From assembly GCA_038321985.1 (NCBI GenBank), contig JBBQFN010000012.1, positions 64,001-128,000 of the forward strand: a stretch of DNA of 64,000 bases, given 5' to 3'. The notes under the pieces are model-generated. The model searched no databases, had not been told where the DNA came from, and worked only from the letters and a program-made list of their open reading frames with translations. Each line of letters opens with the position of its first letter. Positions within the stretch are counted from its first letter, which is position 1. Below are positions 20,177 through 30,885 of the stretch, one piece after another. Both the position numbers and the translations under genes were made by a program. Origin of the DNA: Cyanophyceae cyanobacterium (GTDB taxonomy: Bacteria > Cyanobacteriota > Cyanobacteriia > Cyanobacteriales > Laspinemataceae).

Positions 20177-21217
20177 ATGCATAAAATACCCGTTACCGTC
20201 ATCACTGGTTTTCTCGGGGCTGGCAAAACTAGCACCATTCGTAACCTCCTCCAAAACAATCACGGACGACGCATCGCCGTAATTGTCAATGAATTTGGGG
20301 AAGTCGGCATTGACGGCGAGTTTCTCAAATCCTGCCAAGTCTGTGACGAATCTCCCGCGACAAATAGCAATATTATTGAACTGACCAACGGTTGCCTCTG
20401 TTGCACCGTTCAGGAAGAATTTTTGCCCACCATGCAGGAATTACTTAAACATCGCGATCGCCTCGATTGTATGTTAATCGAAACCTCCGGACTTGCCCTC
20501 CCAAAACCCTTGATCCAAGCCTTTCGCTGGCCGGAAATCCGTACAGGTGCAACAGTAGATGGAGTGGTTACCTTGGTCGATTGTGAGGCCGTCGCCGCCG
20601 GTACCCTCGTCGGTGACATTGATGCCTTAGAACAAGCTAGACAAGCCGACCCCAGTTTAGATCATGAAACCCCCATCGAAGAATTATTTGAAGATCAACT
20701 CGCCTGTGCGGATTTAGTATTATTAACCAAAATTGATTTAGTCGATGCAGAAACGCAAACTAAAGTCATCACTTGGCTGCGATCGCAACTGCCCCCCCAT
20801 GTCAAAATTGTTCCCTGCAAAAGCAGTGAAATTACCGCCGAATTACTCCTAGGATTTAATGCCGCCGTCGAAGACAACCTCGACAGTCGTCCCAGTCATC
20901 ATGACACCGAAGAGGAACATGATCACGATGATGAGATCACGTCCGTCAACATCATACTAGACCAAACCTTTGACCCCAAAACTTTAGTTGCCCAACTACA
21001 AAATCTAGTAGAAATAGCAGAAATTTATCGCATCAAAGGATTTGTAGCCGTTGCCAATAAACCCATGCGATTAGTTTTACAAGGCGTCGGCAAACGCTTC
21101 GACCACTTTTATGATCGCCCCTGGCAGGAAGCCGAACCTCAGCAAACCCGCCTAGTCTTCATCGGACGTAACCTCAACCGCGACCAAATCTTAGAGGCGA
21201 TCGACCCCAGTTCGTAG
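20177..21217 (+). CDS. cobW: Cobalamin biosynthesis GTPase CobW (COG0523)
   Basis: GFLGAGKT, GCLCC, ETSGLALPKPL, His-rich insert. Confidence 0.93.
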   Translation: MHKIPVTVITGFLGAGKTSTIRNLLQNNHGRRIAVIVNEFGEVGIDGEFLKSCQVCDESPATNSNIIELTNGCLCCTVQEEFLPTMQELLKHRDRLDCMLIETSGLALPKPLIQAFRWPEIRTGATVDGVVTLVDCEAVAAGTLVGDIDALEQARQADPSLDHETPIEELFEDQLACADLVLLTKIDLVDAETQTKVITWLRSQLPPHVKIVPCKSSEITAELLLGFNAAVEDNLDSRPSHHDTEEEHDHDDEITSVNIILDQTFDPKTLVAQLQNLVEIAEIYRIKGFVAVANKPMRLVLQGVGKRFDHFYDRPWQEAEPQQTRLVFIGRNLNRDQILEAIDPSS

Positions 21218-21345
21218 TAACGACTTTAGTCGTTTTTTCTCTTAGTTCATAGTAACGATTTTAGTCGTTTCTTCTCTTAGTTCGTAGTAACGATTTTAGT
21301 CGTTTCTTCTCTTAGTTCGTAGTAACGACTAAAGTCGTTTCTTCC
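21209..21345. repeat. Four tandem 35-bp REP-like palindromic units
   Basis: AGTTCGTAGTAACGAYTTTAGTCGTTTYTTCTCTT x4, each with an AACGAC/GTCGTT hairpin; no unique spacers; the first copy supplies the cobW stop codon. Confidence 0.9.
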
Positions 21346-21452
21346 TCTCCATCAAATCAGGTGCGTCAGTGGTGAAAACCCGTAAAAATTTACCTCCGGT
21401 TTCCCATCTGACGCCCCCTACTTGCATTCTCCTTCTATTAAAAAATCCCCCT

Positions 21453-23048
21453 TTAACCCAACAAATTTAACTCTCCCGGTGAATTCCCCACATCCCACAG
21501 GGAATCAGACAAAGTTCCCGTTTCAGCCGCTGAAACAGGAAGTGGGGCCATTGAAGCGATCGGACTATCAAAGCACCGAGGCGGCATGGGGGGAGGCAGT
21601 GCAACATAACCAGGTACGGGGGGATGCCTGGGAGCGAGGAATGGATACCGATAAATGACAGAATAAGGTGTAGGATTTATCAGGTTATCAGACGCTTCCA
21701 CCATCAGGACGAAATTCTCGGGATTAACGTTCTCTGAATTAAACTGGGTCGTAAAAACCTCCAAAAAGAGGCCATTCGGATCCGTGGTATTCAATTCAGA
21801 AATCACGGTAAATGCTTCGGGAGGAAGAACCGTAGTTTCATTCGGTAAATTAACTTGCTTTAAAACTTGGGCATCGATTCCGGTCCCTAAAACCTCCAAG
21901 TTCAACGGTTCCCGCAAGGACTCAGGTAAAAAGTCCGGATTAACATTAATAACTTTGATGTTAATCTGCTCGCTCAATCCGGGAAACTCCAAGGTGGGGG
22001 TCCGTAAATATTCCAGACGATAATAATCTACCCTGTCCTCATTTGAAAGCAAGCCATCTACTCGATCGGGATTGGCAACTTTGGTTTCTTCTAAATTTTG
22101 TCGAAAGCCTAATTGAACTTCCCCTAAAAAAGGAGCGGTTGCCAGATTATTTTTTAAAGATTCTACCTCCGGCGCTAACGGAATTTTTTTACGAATTTCC
22201 TCAAATCCAAAGACCATAAAATGCGCGATCGCTTCTCGGTTGGTTAACCCCGCTTGCTGCAAATCGGCATTACTAGCTAAATAGGTATTCACATCAAAAT
22301 ACGGCGAAGCTCTGCGCCCCTCATCTCGCCCAAAATCTTGGAAATGCTCAAATAATTGAGTATCGTTAAAACCCGCTAAATCTGGATGTTGGCTGCGATA
22401 GTACAGACTAGAATACACCAAATTTTCTTGTAATTTATCTTGAACTTGACTGACAAAGCTAAGGCGCGTTCTTTGCTGTCCCTCATCCACCCCAAACCGA
22501 ATAAAATGTTCTAGGGCTTGTTCGTTCGTAAACCCAAGCTGCTGTAAATCACCGGAGTTTTCCAGATAAGTGTTGACAGAAAAAGATGAACTCCCCTGGC
22601 GGCCTTCATTGACCCCAAAATTAACAAAATGTTGAAAAAGCTGCTGATTACTCAAACCCCCTAAATCCGCATATCGTTGTTGGTAATACTCTGCATTAAA
22701 GTATTCAGGACGTATCGGGAACTGGCTTCGAGGGCTAACAAGAGAGAACGACGCAAAATCAGTCTGGACTCTCAAAGGCCGACCTTCATCCAGTCCAAAG
22801 TCCCGTAAATGCTCAAAAGCAGTCCTTAACCGAGTTTGTGGTGAATTAAAAGTCTCTGCATTGGGATAAATTTCGCAGTTCCAGTCTGCATAAGTATCCA
22901 ACATTTGGGGGGTTACCCATCGGGAAAATTCTCGCCCTTCTACCAAACCAAAGGTGACTAAATGTTGTAAAGCCTCTTCATCACTCAATCCCCCTAGGTC
23001 TGAATTAACGCTGCGATAATAGCTCGGATCGAATAACTCTAAGGCCAT
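21453..23048 (-). CDS. Repeat-containing hypothetical (surface/secreted-type) protein
   Basis: About five repeats of F..xYY..xDL..HF..FG..EGR followed by an acidic beta-rich domain and a Pro-rich tail. Confidence 0.75.
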   Translation of the reverse strand: MALELFDPSYYRSVNSDLGGLSDEEALQHLVTFGLVEGREFSRWVTPQMLDTYADWNCEIYPNAETFNSPQTRLRTAFEHLRDFGLDEGRPLRVQTDFASFSLVSPRSQFPIRPEYFNAEYYQQRYADLGGLSNQQLFQHFVNFGVNEGRQGSSSFSVNTYLENSGDLQQLGFTNEQALEHFIRFGVDEGQQRTRLSFVSQVQDKLQENLVYSSLYYRSQHPDLAGFNDTQLFEHFQDFGRDEGRRASPYFDVNTYLASNADLQQAGLTNREAIAHFMVFGFEEIRKKIPLAPEVESLKNNLATAPFLGEVQLGFRQNLEETKVANPDRVDGLLSNEDRVDYYRLEYLRTPTLEFPGLSEQINIKVINVNPDFLPESLREPLNLEVLGTGIDAQVLKQVNLPNETTVLPPEAFTVISELNTTDPNGLFLEVFTTQFNSENVNPENFVLMVEASDNLINPTPYSVIYRYPFLAPRHPPVPGYVALPPPMPPRCFDSPIASMAPLPVSAAETGTLSDSLWDVGNSPGELNLLG

Positions 23049-23865
23049 AATAATTTCCTAGGGAATTTACGCTGCTCCTACGCTAACTTGTGAATCGGGT
23101 TTCGTCAAATTGGTGCAATTGGCTACAATGGAGACTGCCGAGATTCTATAGATTCAATCCCCCAGACCCTGCGACTTGTATCAATAACAGCTATGCGATC
23201 GCCTAAAGGTTTCTACCGGAGTTGGCAAGCCCAATAAGTGAGAACACCGGACCGGATTTCCTCTATCCCATCTTCCTGTTTGAGGATGGTTAAATCTCAC
23301 TGAGGGCGGCGATCGCATTCCATTCCCCTTGGAGTCTTTGTGCTATCCCCCGCAGCACAAAGGCGATCGCCCCCTTAGACCCCTCCCTATATTGCCTTCT
23401 CCAGCCCTTCCACTCCTCCCTCCTCAGTTTTTACCCTAGAATCCTGGGATACCTTGAAAAACAAAAAAAACTACAAAAATTTAAGATTTCATCCTCAGGA
23501 AAACCTGTAACAAGTGGTAGAATACAAAAATTATCTAAATTAAAAAATAATTTAAAAAAATATTTTAATGAATTCCGATCTCAAAACAAAAAAGTTGTTT
23601 ATGATAGAGGTATAGAAGTCTAACGGACGGGATAAAGAGAAATAGACGGGGTAACCCGATTAAATTCTGCCTTGCTTATCCCAAAACAAGCCAGATCTGC
23701 CGTTTCCCCAAGTCAGACTTTGGAAAAGGGTAACCTAGATAACAGTGACGGCTCTCTATCAAACAGACAGCAAGTCGTTCTCTTAGACAACTCATCAAAA
23801 TCCTGCGGTTCGACCCATCGTGAGCCTATCTAAGCGTGGTACTACAGAGATAGGAAAATAACAAA

Positions 23866-26568
23866 ATGAACAGCAAAGTCACAAACACCCAAGAACTCGA
23901 AGAACTGATTCAGCGCGTCAAAGTCGCACAAGAAAAATATTCCACCTACAGTCAGCAACAGGTGGATGAAATTTTCAAAAAAGCCGCCCTCGCTGCCAAC
24001 TCGGCGAGAATACCCCTTGCCAAGAAAGCTGTCGCTGAAACCGGCATGGGAGTCGTGGAAGACAAAGTGATTAAAAACCACTTTGCCTCAGAAATTATCT
24101 ACAACAAATATAAGCACGAGAAGACCTGCGGCATCATCGAAGAGGACAAATCTTTCGGCTTCCAGAAAATAGCCGAACCCGTGGGAATTCTCGCCGGAAT
24201 CGTCCCGACAACCAATCCCACCTCCACAGCAATTTTTAAGGCCCTCCTCGCCCTCAAGACCCGGAACGGGATTATTTTCTCTCCCCACCCCCGGGCCAAA
24301 GAATGTACTCGGGATGCGGCAAAAATAATCCTAGAAGCTGCCGTAGCCGCTGGAGCGCCGGAAGACATCATTGGCTGGATTGACGAGCCAACGGTGCCGT
24401 TATCCCAGCATTTGATGCAGCATCCAGAAATCAAACTGATCTTAGCAACCGGGGGTCCCGGCATGGTCAAAGCTGCCTACTCTTCGGGGCATCCGTCCCT
24501 AGGAGTGGGTGCAGGGAATACCCCAGCGGTGATCGACGCAACCGCCCATATCAAGATGGCCGTTTCTTCAATTCTGATCAGTAAGACGTTTGACAACGGG
24601 ATGATTTGTGCCTCAGAACAATCGGTGATTGTTGTAGATGAGGTGTATGAGGAGGTCAAACAGGAATTTTGCGATCGCGGGGCATACTTCCTCAATCCGG
24701 AAGAACGGCAAAAACTCGGCAGCAAAATTATTATCAACGGACGATTAAATCCCGATATTGTCGGACAATCCATCCAAACTCTCGCGGCGATCGCAGATAT
24801 TTCCGTCCCAGAAGAGACGCGGGTCCTAATTGGCGAAGTCGAGGAGATTTCCGAAGCCGAACCCTTTGCTTACGAAAAACTCTCCGCCATCTTAGCCATG
24901 TATCGGGCTACCGACTTTCATGATGCCGTCCATAAAGCCCATGACTTGGTGCAATTTGGAGGACGGGGACATACCGCTGTGCTTTATACATCCCCGGCGA
25001 ATACCCAGCATATCCATGAATTTGAAGGGCAAATGCAAACCGCGCGAGTGCTGATTAATACCCCCTCATCGCAAGGGGCGATCGGCGACCTGTATAACTT
25101 CCGCCTCGACCCCTCCCTCACCCTCGGGTGCGGCACCTGGGGAGGCAACTCCATCAGCGAAAACGTTGCCCCACACCACCTCCTCAACATCAAAACCGTC
25201 TCGGAACGCCGGGAAAATATGCTTTGGTTCCGGATTCCGCCCAAAGTGTACTTTAAATATGGTTCCCTACCCATCGCCCTCCGGGAACTTGCCGGAAAAC
25301 AACGCGCCTTTATCGTCACCGATAAACCGTTGTACGACATGGGTCTCACTAAGTCCGTCGAAGAGGTTCTCGAAGAAATCGGAGTTAAATCTGATATCTT
25401 CTTCGATGTCGAACCCGATCCATCCCTAACTACCGTGAATAAGGGACTGGAACGGATGAACTCTTTTAAACCCGACGTGATCATCGCCCTCGGGGGAGGG
25501 TCGCCAATGGATGCGGCGAAAGTCATGTGGTTGATGTACGAACATCCGGAAATCGAATTTGAAGGACTCGCCACCCGGTTTATGGACATCCGCAAACGGG
25601 TGTACGAACTGCCGCCATTGGGAGTTAAAGCGATCATGGTTGCCATTCCCACTACCTCGGGAACAGGTTCAGAAGTTACTCCCTTTGCGGTGGTAACCGA
25701 CGATCGCACGGGGATTAAGTATCCCCTAGCGGATTATGCCCTCACCCCCAACATGGCGATCGTTGATCCGGAATTGGTGCTGAATATGCCCAAGAAACTC
25801 ACCGCTTATGGTGGCATCGACGCCCTCACCCATGCCTTAGAAGCCTACGTTTCCGTCTGTGCCTCCGAATTCACCAACGGATTGGCATTAGAAGCGATTC
25901 GCCTGCTGTTTAAGTATCTACCCTCAGCGTATAAAAACGGGGCCAAAGACCCCAAAGCGCGGGAGAAAGTGCATTATGCCGCCACGATGGCAGGGATGGC
26001 ATTTGCCAATGCTTTCCTCGGCGTCTGTCACTCCATGGCACATAAACTGGGTTCGACGTTCCATGTCCCCCACGGGTTAGCCAACGCCCTGATGATTTCT
26101 CACGTCATCCGGTATAATGCTACCGACACGCCATTTAAACAAGCCATCTTCCCGCAATACAAATATCCCAACGCCAAATGGCGGTATGCGCGGATTGCCG
26201 ACTATCTCGGACTGGGTGGGGATACCGAACAAGAGAAAATTGAGAAACTGGTAGAGGCGATCGAGAACCTCAAGAAAGAGTTGGACCTTCCTCTGACCCT
26301 GAAAGAAGCCTTATCTGGGGATGACAAAGCCTTCTATGAAGAAGTCGAAGAAATGGCGGATCAGGCATTCGACGATCAATGTACCGGTGCCAATCCCCGC
26401 TATCCCCTGATTCGGGACCTCAAGGAGTTGTATATATTAGCCTACCGGGGTTGTCGCATCGACTCCGCCTTGTATCATCAAGAATCTCAGGAAGAGGTGT
26501 TACAAGGAAATAGCGCTGACAGCGTAACCTCTCTCATCCAGCCGGTGATGGTGGAAAGTAACTCGTAA
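23866..26568 (+). CDS. adhE: Bifunctional acetaldehyde-CoA/alcohol dehydrogenase
   Basis: PTTNPTST, FDNGMICASEQ, GGGSPMDAAK, HSMAHK. Confidence 0.97.
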   Translation: MNSKVTNTQELEELIQRVKVAQEKYSTYSQQQVDEIFKKAALAANSARIPLAKKAVAETGMGVVEDKVIKNHFASEIIYNKYKHEKTCGIIEEDKSFGFQKIAEPVGILAGIVPTTNPTSTAIFKALLALKTRNGIIFSPHPRAKECTRDAAKIILEAAVAAGAPEDIIGWIDEPTVPLSQHLMQHPEIKLILATGGPGMVKAAYSSGHPSLGVGAGNTPAVIDATAHIKMAVSSILISKTFDNGMICASEQSVIVVDEVYEEVKQEFCDRGAYFLNPEERQKLGSKIIINGRLNPDIVGQSIQTLAAIADISVPEETRVLIGEVEEISEAEPFAYEKLSAILAMYRATDFHDAVHKAHDLVQFGGRGHTAVLYTSPANTQHIHEFEGQMQTARVLINTPSSQGAIGDLYNFRLDPSLTLGCGTWGGNSISENVAPHHLLNIKTVSERRENMLWFRIPPKVYFKYGSLPIALRELAGKQRAFIVTDKPLYDMGLTKSVEEVLEEIGVKSDIFFDVEPDPSLTTVNKGLERMNSFKPDVIIALGGGSPMDAAKVMWLMYEHPEIEFEGLATRFMDIRKRVYELPPLGVKAIMVAIPTTSGTGSEVTPFAVVTDDRTGIKYPLADYALTPNMAIVDPELVLNMPKKLTAYGGIDALTHALEAYVSVCASEFTNGLALEAIRLLFKYLPSAYKNGAKDPKAREKVHYAATMAGMAFANAFLGVCHSMAHKLGSTFHVPHGLANALMISHVIRYNATDTPFKQAIFPQYKYPNAKWRYARIADYLGLGGDTEQEKIEKLVEAIENLKKELDLPLTLKEALSGDDKAFYEEVEEMADQAFDDQCTGANPRYPLIRDLKELYILAYRGCRIDSALYHQESQEEVLQGNSADSVTSLIQPVMVESNS

Positions 26569-26607
26569 CATCTGAGAAACGCCTCCGGTGATGCTGGAGA
26601 CTAACCT

Positions 26608-26637
26608 AAAAAAGCCCGTATTCATGCGGGCTTTTTT
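26608..26637 (+). terminator. Bidirectional rho-independent terminator
   Basis: AAAAAAGCCCG-TATTCATG-CGGGCTTTTTT between convergent genes. Confidence 0.85.
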
Positions 26638-26698
26638 GTTGGGGAGTAACCCGGTTTAATGACAGCTTACAGTTCTCAAAATTCTCTAACCTTTACAA

Positions 26699-27649
26699 TT
26701 ATTTGAACTTACGACCAATGTAACCAATGATAATCTGACGTGTCCCTAAATCCGGAAAAAAATAAAGCCGCCAATCTCCCGGTGTCCTCCGAAAGTGCCA
26801 ACTGAAGAGACGACTTTCACCATCGGGACAGTCAAAAGTTAGCTCTTTTTTAAACTGTTGCAGCCTTGAAACACTTTCTGGATCCACGTTAAGAAGGGCC
26901 TCTCTCTTGAAAGGACCAGAGGTCCACTGATTGCTGTAATTTTCCAAATCATCTAATCGTTCTTTTACAGCCTTGAGCATCGGATCGTTCGCTAAGAGGG
27001 TTTTTAATTGCTTTTCCACCGCATTACAAAAATTCAAATGAGGGAATAAATCTTCTTTACGCTGCCATAAATCCACCCCATCTCGCACTTGAACTTGAGT
27101 ATAACTCTTAATCCAATCCGCGTGCTCTTCGACATGATCTTTATGACTGGCATGGCGAATTTCTACTTTGTTATCTTCATCATTGTTTTCACATTTTATG
27201 ATATCTACGCTGATATAGCTGCAATCCCAACAGTCTGCGGAAGGAAAGCTGATTGCAAGTGCATTCAGCAAGTAGGCGACGCCTAGTCCAATGGCGCGTT
27301 CCCCCTCATACCTATACTCATAATTTGCCTGGTTATTTTCAAGGTCTTGAATGTCTGGATTATCTATAGCATGGGAAAAGGGAGAATTCGTTGCAAGTGT
27401 TAGGATTATATCCCGTTTCATTTGATCTACTTCTTGATCATTAAGCCAGCGGAATAGGAGATAGTTGGGGGCAAGCTGGGTAGAATGAAAGTCATATTGC
27501 GTTCGCAGAGAAACTGATTCAGCACTATATTTTGCTATAGCATTTATCGTGCCAATCAAATCTGACATCCATTGTCGTGCTTTGTAAATATCCGGTGCAG
27601 GATGCCGCAGAGATAGTTCATTTAATACCATTTCCATTTTTATTGTCAT
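26699..27649 (-). CDS. Hypothetical protein with a putative RelE-like C-terminal nuclease; third gene of a defence-like operon
   Basis: N-terminal LNELSL; C-terminal FSWHFRRTPGDWRLYFFPD..IIIGYIG; starts 6 nt after the ATPase stop. Confidence 0.7.
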   Translation of the reverse strand: MTIKMEMVLNELSLRHPAPDIYKARQWMSDLIGTINAIAKYSAESVSLRTQYDFHSTQLAPNYLLFRWLNDQEVDQMKRDIILTLATNSPFSHAIDNPDIQDLENNQANYEYRYEGERAIGLGVAYLLNALAISFPSADCWDCSYISVDIIKCENNDEDNKVEIRHASHKDHVEEHADWIKSYTQVQVRDGVDLWQRKEDLFPHLNFCNAVEKQLKTLLANDPMLKAVKERLDDLENYSNQWTSGPFKREALLNVDPESVSRLQQFKKELTFDCPDGESRLFSWHFRRTPGDWRLYFFPDLGTRQIIIGYIGRKFK

Positions 27650-27655
27650 GATATC

Positions 27656-28750
27656 TTATTTTTCGGCTGGTTCTAATAAACCAAACAAGCTCTTTTGCCA
27701 TTCATTGAAGAAGCCATCGGGCCATTGGTCAATTCTTCCATTGCGATCGATATGGGGAGAAATTACCTCGGTCATCCCTTGTTTAGTTCGACTCAAGAAG
27801 TGGCACTGGACATCTTTAGGGGCGAGTTTTCCACCATGAACAGCAAGACGAATCCCATTTAAAACATGATCGCTATGAGTTTCTACGACCACTTGAACCC
27901 CACTACTTGCAGCTAAAGATAATAACTCGCCCATTTTGACTTGTCCTTTAGGATGCAGGTGAGCTTCGGGGTTTTCAAGGAGGATTAAAGTCCCGGGTTC
28001 CGATGCCAGCACTGCCACAATAATCGGCAAGGTGTAACTAATTCCAAATCCAACATTAGTAGCACGGTAGGGATTGCTTAATCCGTAGGAATATTGTAAA
28101 ATGACCAAATCTAAAGCCGGATTTGAATTGATTTTTATGCGAGTACCGGGACTGACTTCTCCCATCCAGGCCTCAACTTGACTATGTAGTGTGAGGGAAT
28201 CCTCATCTAAATGTTTCAACCTGCTATTCGGAATAATTTCATCACTATAAATAGACAGGAAATGTGCAGTATATTCACCTCTTATTCCCAGTTGTTGGTG
28301 CTGACGAACTTGAAAATCCGACCTTTCTATGCGGGGACCAATCCGTTCAGCCTGTAAATAATGGAAGCGATCGCTGAAAAGACTGGATTCATAAATAGTT
28401 GATGTATTGGGTTGAGAGGTAAGTCCTAAAAAATCCGTTTCTGAGCTATAGCTAAAATCCCATCTACCTTGAGTATCATCTTCCCAGAGGACCTCAAACC
28501 CGATTGAGTTTTCTTTAGCCTCGGCAAACAGCGCATCTTTAGCCGTGCCAATACAAACCAAGTCTCCATTCAGCGCTAAACCTACATCGGGTAATAGTTT
28601 TTGTTGATAAGATTGCCGCAGCAGTAGGAGCGATTGCAGCACTGAAGATTTACCTGTACTATTTAAACCGGAAAGCAACGTCAGGGGCTTAAACTCAAAC
28701 GACTGTTCCTCGAAGGCTTTAAAGTGCTTTAATTTAACAAGGGTTATCAT
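27656..28750 (-). CDS. ABC/AAA_15-type ATPase with DUF3696 C-terminus
   Basis: Walker A GLNSTGKSS; GFGISY; LLENPEAHLHP; ETHSDH; IDRNGRIDQWPDGFF. Confidence 0.9.
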   Translation of the reverse strand: MITLVKLKHFKAFEEQSFEFKPLTLLSGLNSTGKSSVLQSLLLLRQSYQQKLLPDVGLALNGDLVCIGTAKDALFAEAKENSIGFEVLWEDDTQGRWDFSYSSETDFLGLTSQPNTSTIYESSLFSDRFHYLQAERIGPRIERSDFQVRQHQQLGIRGEYTAHFLSIYSDEIIPNSRLKHLDEDSLTLHSQVEAWMGEVSPGTRIKINSNPALDLVILQYSYGLSNPYRATNVGFGISYTLPIIVAVLASEPGTLILLENPEAHLHPKGQVKMGELLSLAASSGVQVVVETHSDHVLNGIRLAVHGGKLAPKDVQCHFLSRTKQGMTEVISPHIDRNGRIDQWPDGFFNEWQKSLFGLLEPAEK

Positions 28751-29925
28751 ACGAGTACCTCTTCAATGATATGTTCAATTAGTGAAAACCGATAGCTAAT
28801 TTTTTGTGGACCCAGAGAAATTGATTTAACAAAGGCTTCATCATTTTTCATGCAATTTATAAATTTTTGAATCAATTGGGTTTTGCGCTTGATTAAGAGT
28901 TCAATCTGTTCATCGGTGAGATTTCCTAGGCAGGCGGACCAAGCCTCAAACAAGGATTTGTTAATCGGATATTTTTTGTCTGGATTTTCGGCAGATAGTT
29001 TCCGAAAGGCGCGATCGCCAAAAATCTCAAAGGCAGCCACCATCACTTTTCTAAATTTTACTTCTATCACGTTAAGTTCCGCATCATTCATTTTATTAAC
29101 GGTAGCCAAGGTTTCATTAAAAAAATAATCTCTACCTTTTTTGACGGGATAATCTTTGTAAGGCGTTATGGTATAGGCTAAAAACCCGACGATAAATTCA
29201 TGATCATCCCGACGGGCTTTTTTAGATTCTCCTAAATTGATGACTTGTTTAAATTCGGGAAATTCAGCGAGTCTTGCTAAAAGTTTTGTAGCTTTACCCG
29301 GATTGAGAGCGTGACGGAGTTCTTGAGGAGATAGGGGTAAACCTCCGGTATTAATTCGTTTAAAAATGTTATATTTAACTTCCGGGGGAGTGCCTTTTTC
29401 AATCAGATAAAGGGTTAGCTGCGTTTCTGCAATTCGACGCTGGTAGTTTCGAGGGAGTTCATCATAATTTTTCCCTTCAATATCTTTGAGATATTCTAAC
29501 CCTTTCAGTTTCAGCGTTTTGTCTATGATAAACTCCTTAATGGCACTTAGACGTTGTAATCCATCAATCACTAGCCACTTGTCGTCATTAGTCGCATCTA
29601 AATAAAAGGCAGGCAAAGGTATCCGGATAAGGATAGATTCAATTAAGCGGCTTTTTACATCTTCTTTCCAGATTCCTTCTTTGCGCTGAAAATCCGGTGC
29701 TAAGTCTAGTTCATCATGATTAATTCGCGAGAGGACCAGATCTATAGTCATGGGTCTAGTCTCCACCCTAATTTTTGTTGGATCAAAGGGCTCGTTTGTG
29801 GTTTCTTCTTCCTCTGGTTCGATCGCATTCTCGTCCTCAATCTCTAAGTCTGGTTCTAGCCATTGTTCGGCTTTATACTTGTCTTGTGCCACGCTTACTC
29901 CTTCGGGATATGCCCCATTGATCAC
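28747..29925 (-). CDS. DUF262 (ParB/Srx-like, GmrS-type) domain protein
   Basis: PDFQR..W, LIESIL, IDGLQRL, FKRINTGG.PLS; ATGA overlap with the ATPase. Confidence 0.92.
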   Translation of the reverse strand: MINGAYPEGVSVAQDKYKAEQWLEPDLEIEDENAIEPEEEETTNEPFDPTKIRVETRPMTIDLVLSRINHDELDLAPDFQRKEGIWKEDVKSRLIESILIRIPLPAFYLDATNDDKWLVIDGLQRLSAIKEFIIDKTLKLKGLEYLKDIEGKNYDELPRNYQRRIAETQLTLYLIEKGTPPEVKYNIFKRINTGGLPLSPQELRHALNPGKATKLLARLAEFPEFKQVINLGESKKARRDDHEFIVGFLAYTITPYKDYPVKKGRDYFFNETLATVNKMNDAELNVIEVKFRKVMVAAFEIFGDRAFRKLSAENPDKKYPINKSLFEAWSACLGNLTDEQIELLIKRKTQLIQKFINCMKNDEAFVKSISLGPQKISYRFSLIEHIIEEVLV

Positions 29926-30885
29926 CCTCCTGTTTAGGCCCAGTGTTAATCCCTAAGCCAATGGGAGCGTGATTATTCCTTCTGATTATATCAAAAAACA
30001 CTCTGTGCTCAAATCAAGTTCATTAACCCTGATTTCCCTTAAAAGCCAAGATTGAAGTCAAAAACCAGGTTTTTTGGTGCAAACTGTATGACCGGTAGTT
30101 CCTTAAACTGATGCTTTTTATATTTTTTCTAGGGATATTACTTGGGTTATAGCGTTTATTTACTGGTCTTAAACCCAATCAATGCCTCTATAATCATCAG
30201 TTAATAGCCTACCTTTTTTAAAGTGAGCCTATCACTCGTCTAAATTTTTAACTCAAAATTGAGGGGGCGATCGCCATGCCTTAAAATTACTCGAAATTGA
30301 ACAGAGTGAGCCATGACAATTCTATCCCTAAAATCCATCTGGAAAAATAGGTTATCTGGTCTAAAATTTTCTCTACCCTAGGATAGATATTTGTTTAATT
30401 ATTATTTTCACTTAATGGAGAACATAAGTGAAATATTACTCGCATTTCTTAAATACGAGCTTACAAAATGCAGAGAGTCTGATTTTGAGGGCTAGTTCGA
30501 GCGTTCATAATTGAGAGAATTTTCACATTTAAGTAAGAATATGCCCCTTTTAGTTCATGGACTCCATCCAAAACAAATTTATTTTAAAATTCTCCCGTAA
30601 TTTTAGGGGCTTCACTCTTAAAGATAGGGTTCTGTGTCGGTTAAACCCTTGTGGAGTATAGATTTGATTTTTTTTAAGATGAAGATATCTTGACTCCTTC
30701 TCCCGGAAATCAGGCCGATCGCCCCCCATTTATTTCCAATATAGAACCCTCAATGACAGGGGATAGGCCCCGCGATCGCCGGGATTTTGAGAAAATTCTT
30801 TGATTGAGTGGGCAAATCGAAAATCATCGAGTAACATTGCTTAACATATCTAAGATTAGATTCTTCACAAGTAAGGAAAAAACTG

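Noticed and set aside
21209..21345. Possible CRISPR array (35-bp palindromic repeats)
   Set aside because: Units are directly adjacent with no unique spacers, and there are no cas genes
23842..25709. Long antisense ORFs inside adhE (and similarly inside pgk and others)
   Set aside because: Codon-bias shadows of strongly conserved genes
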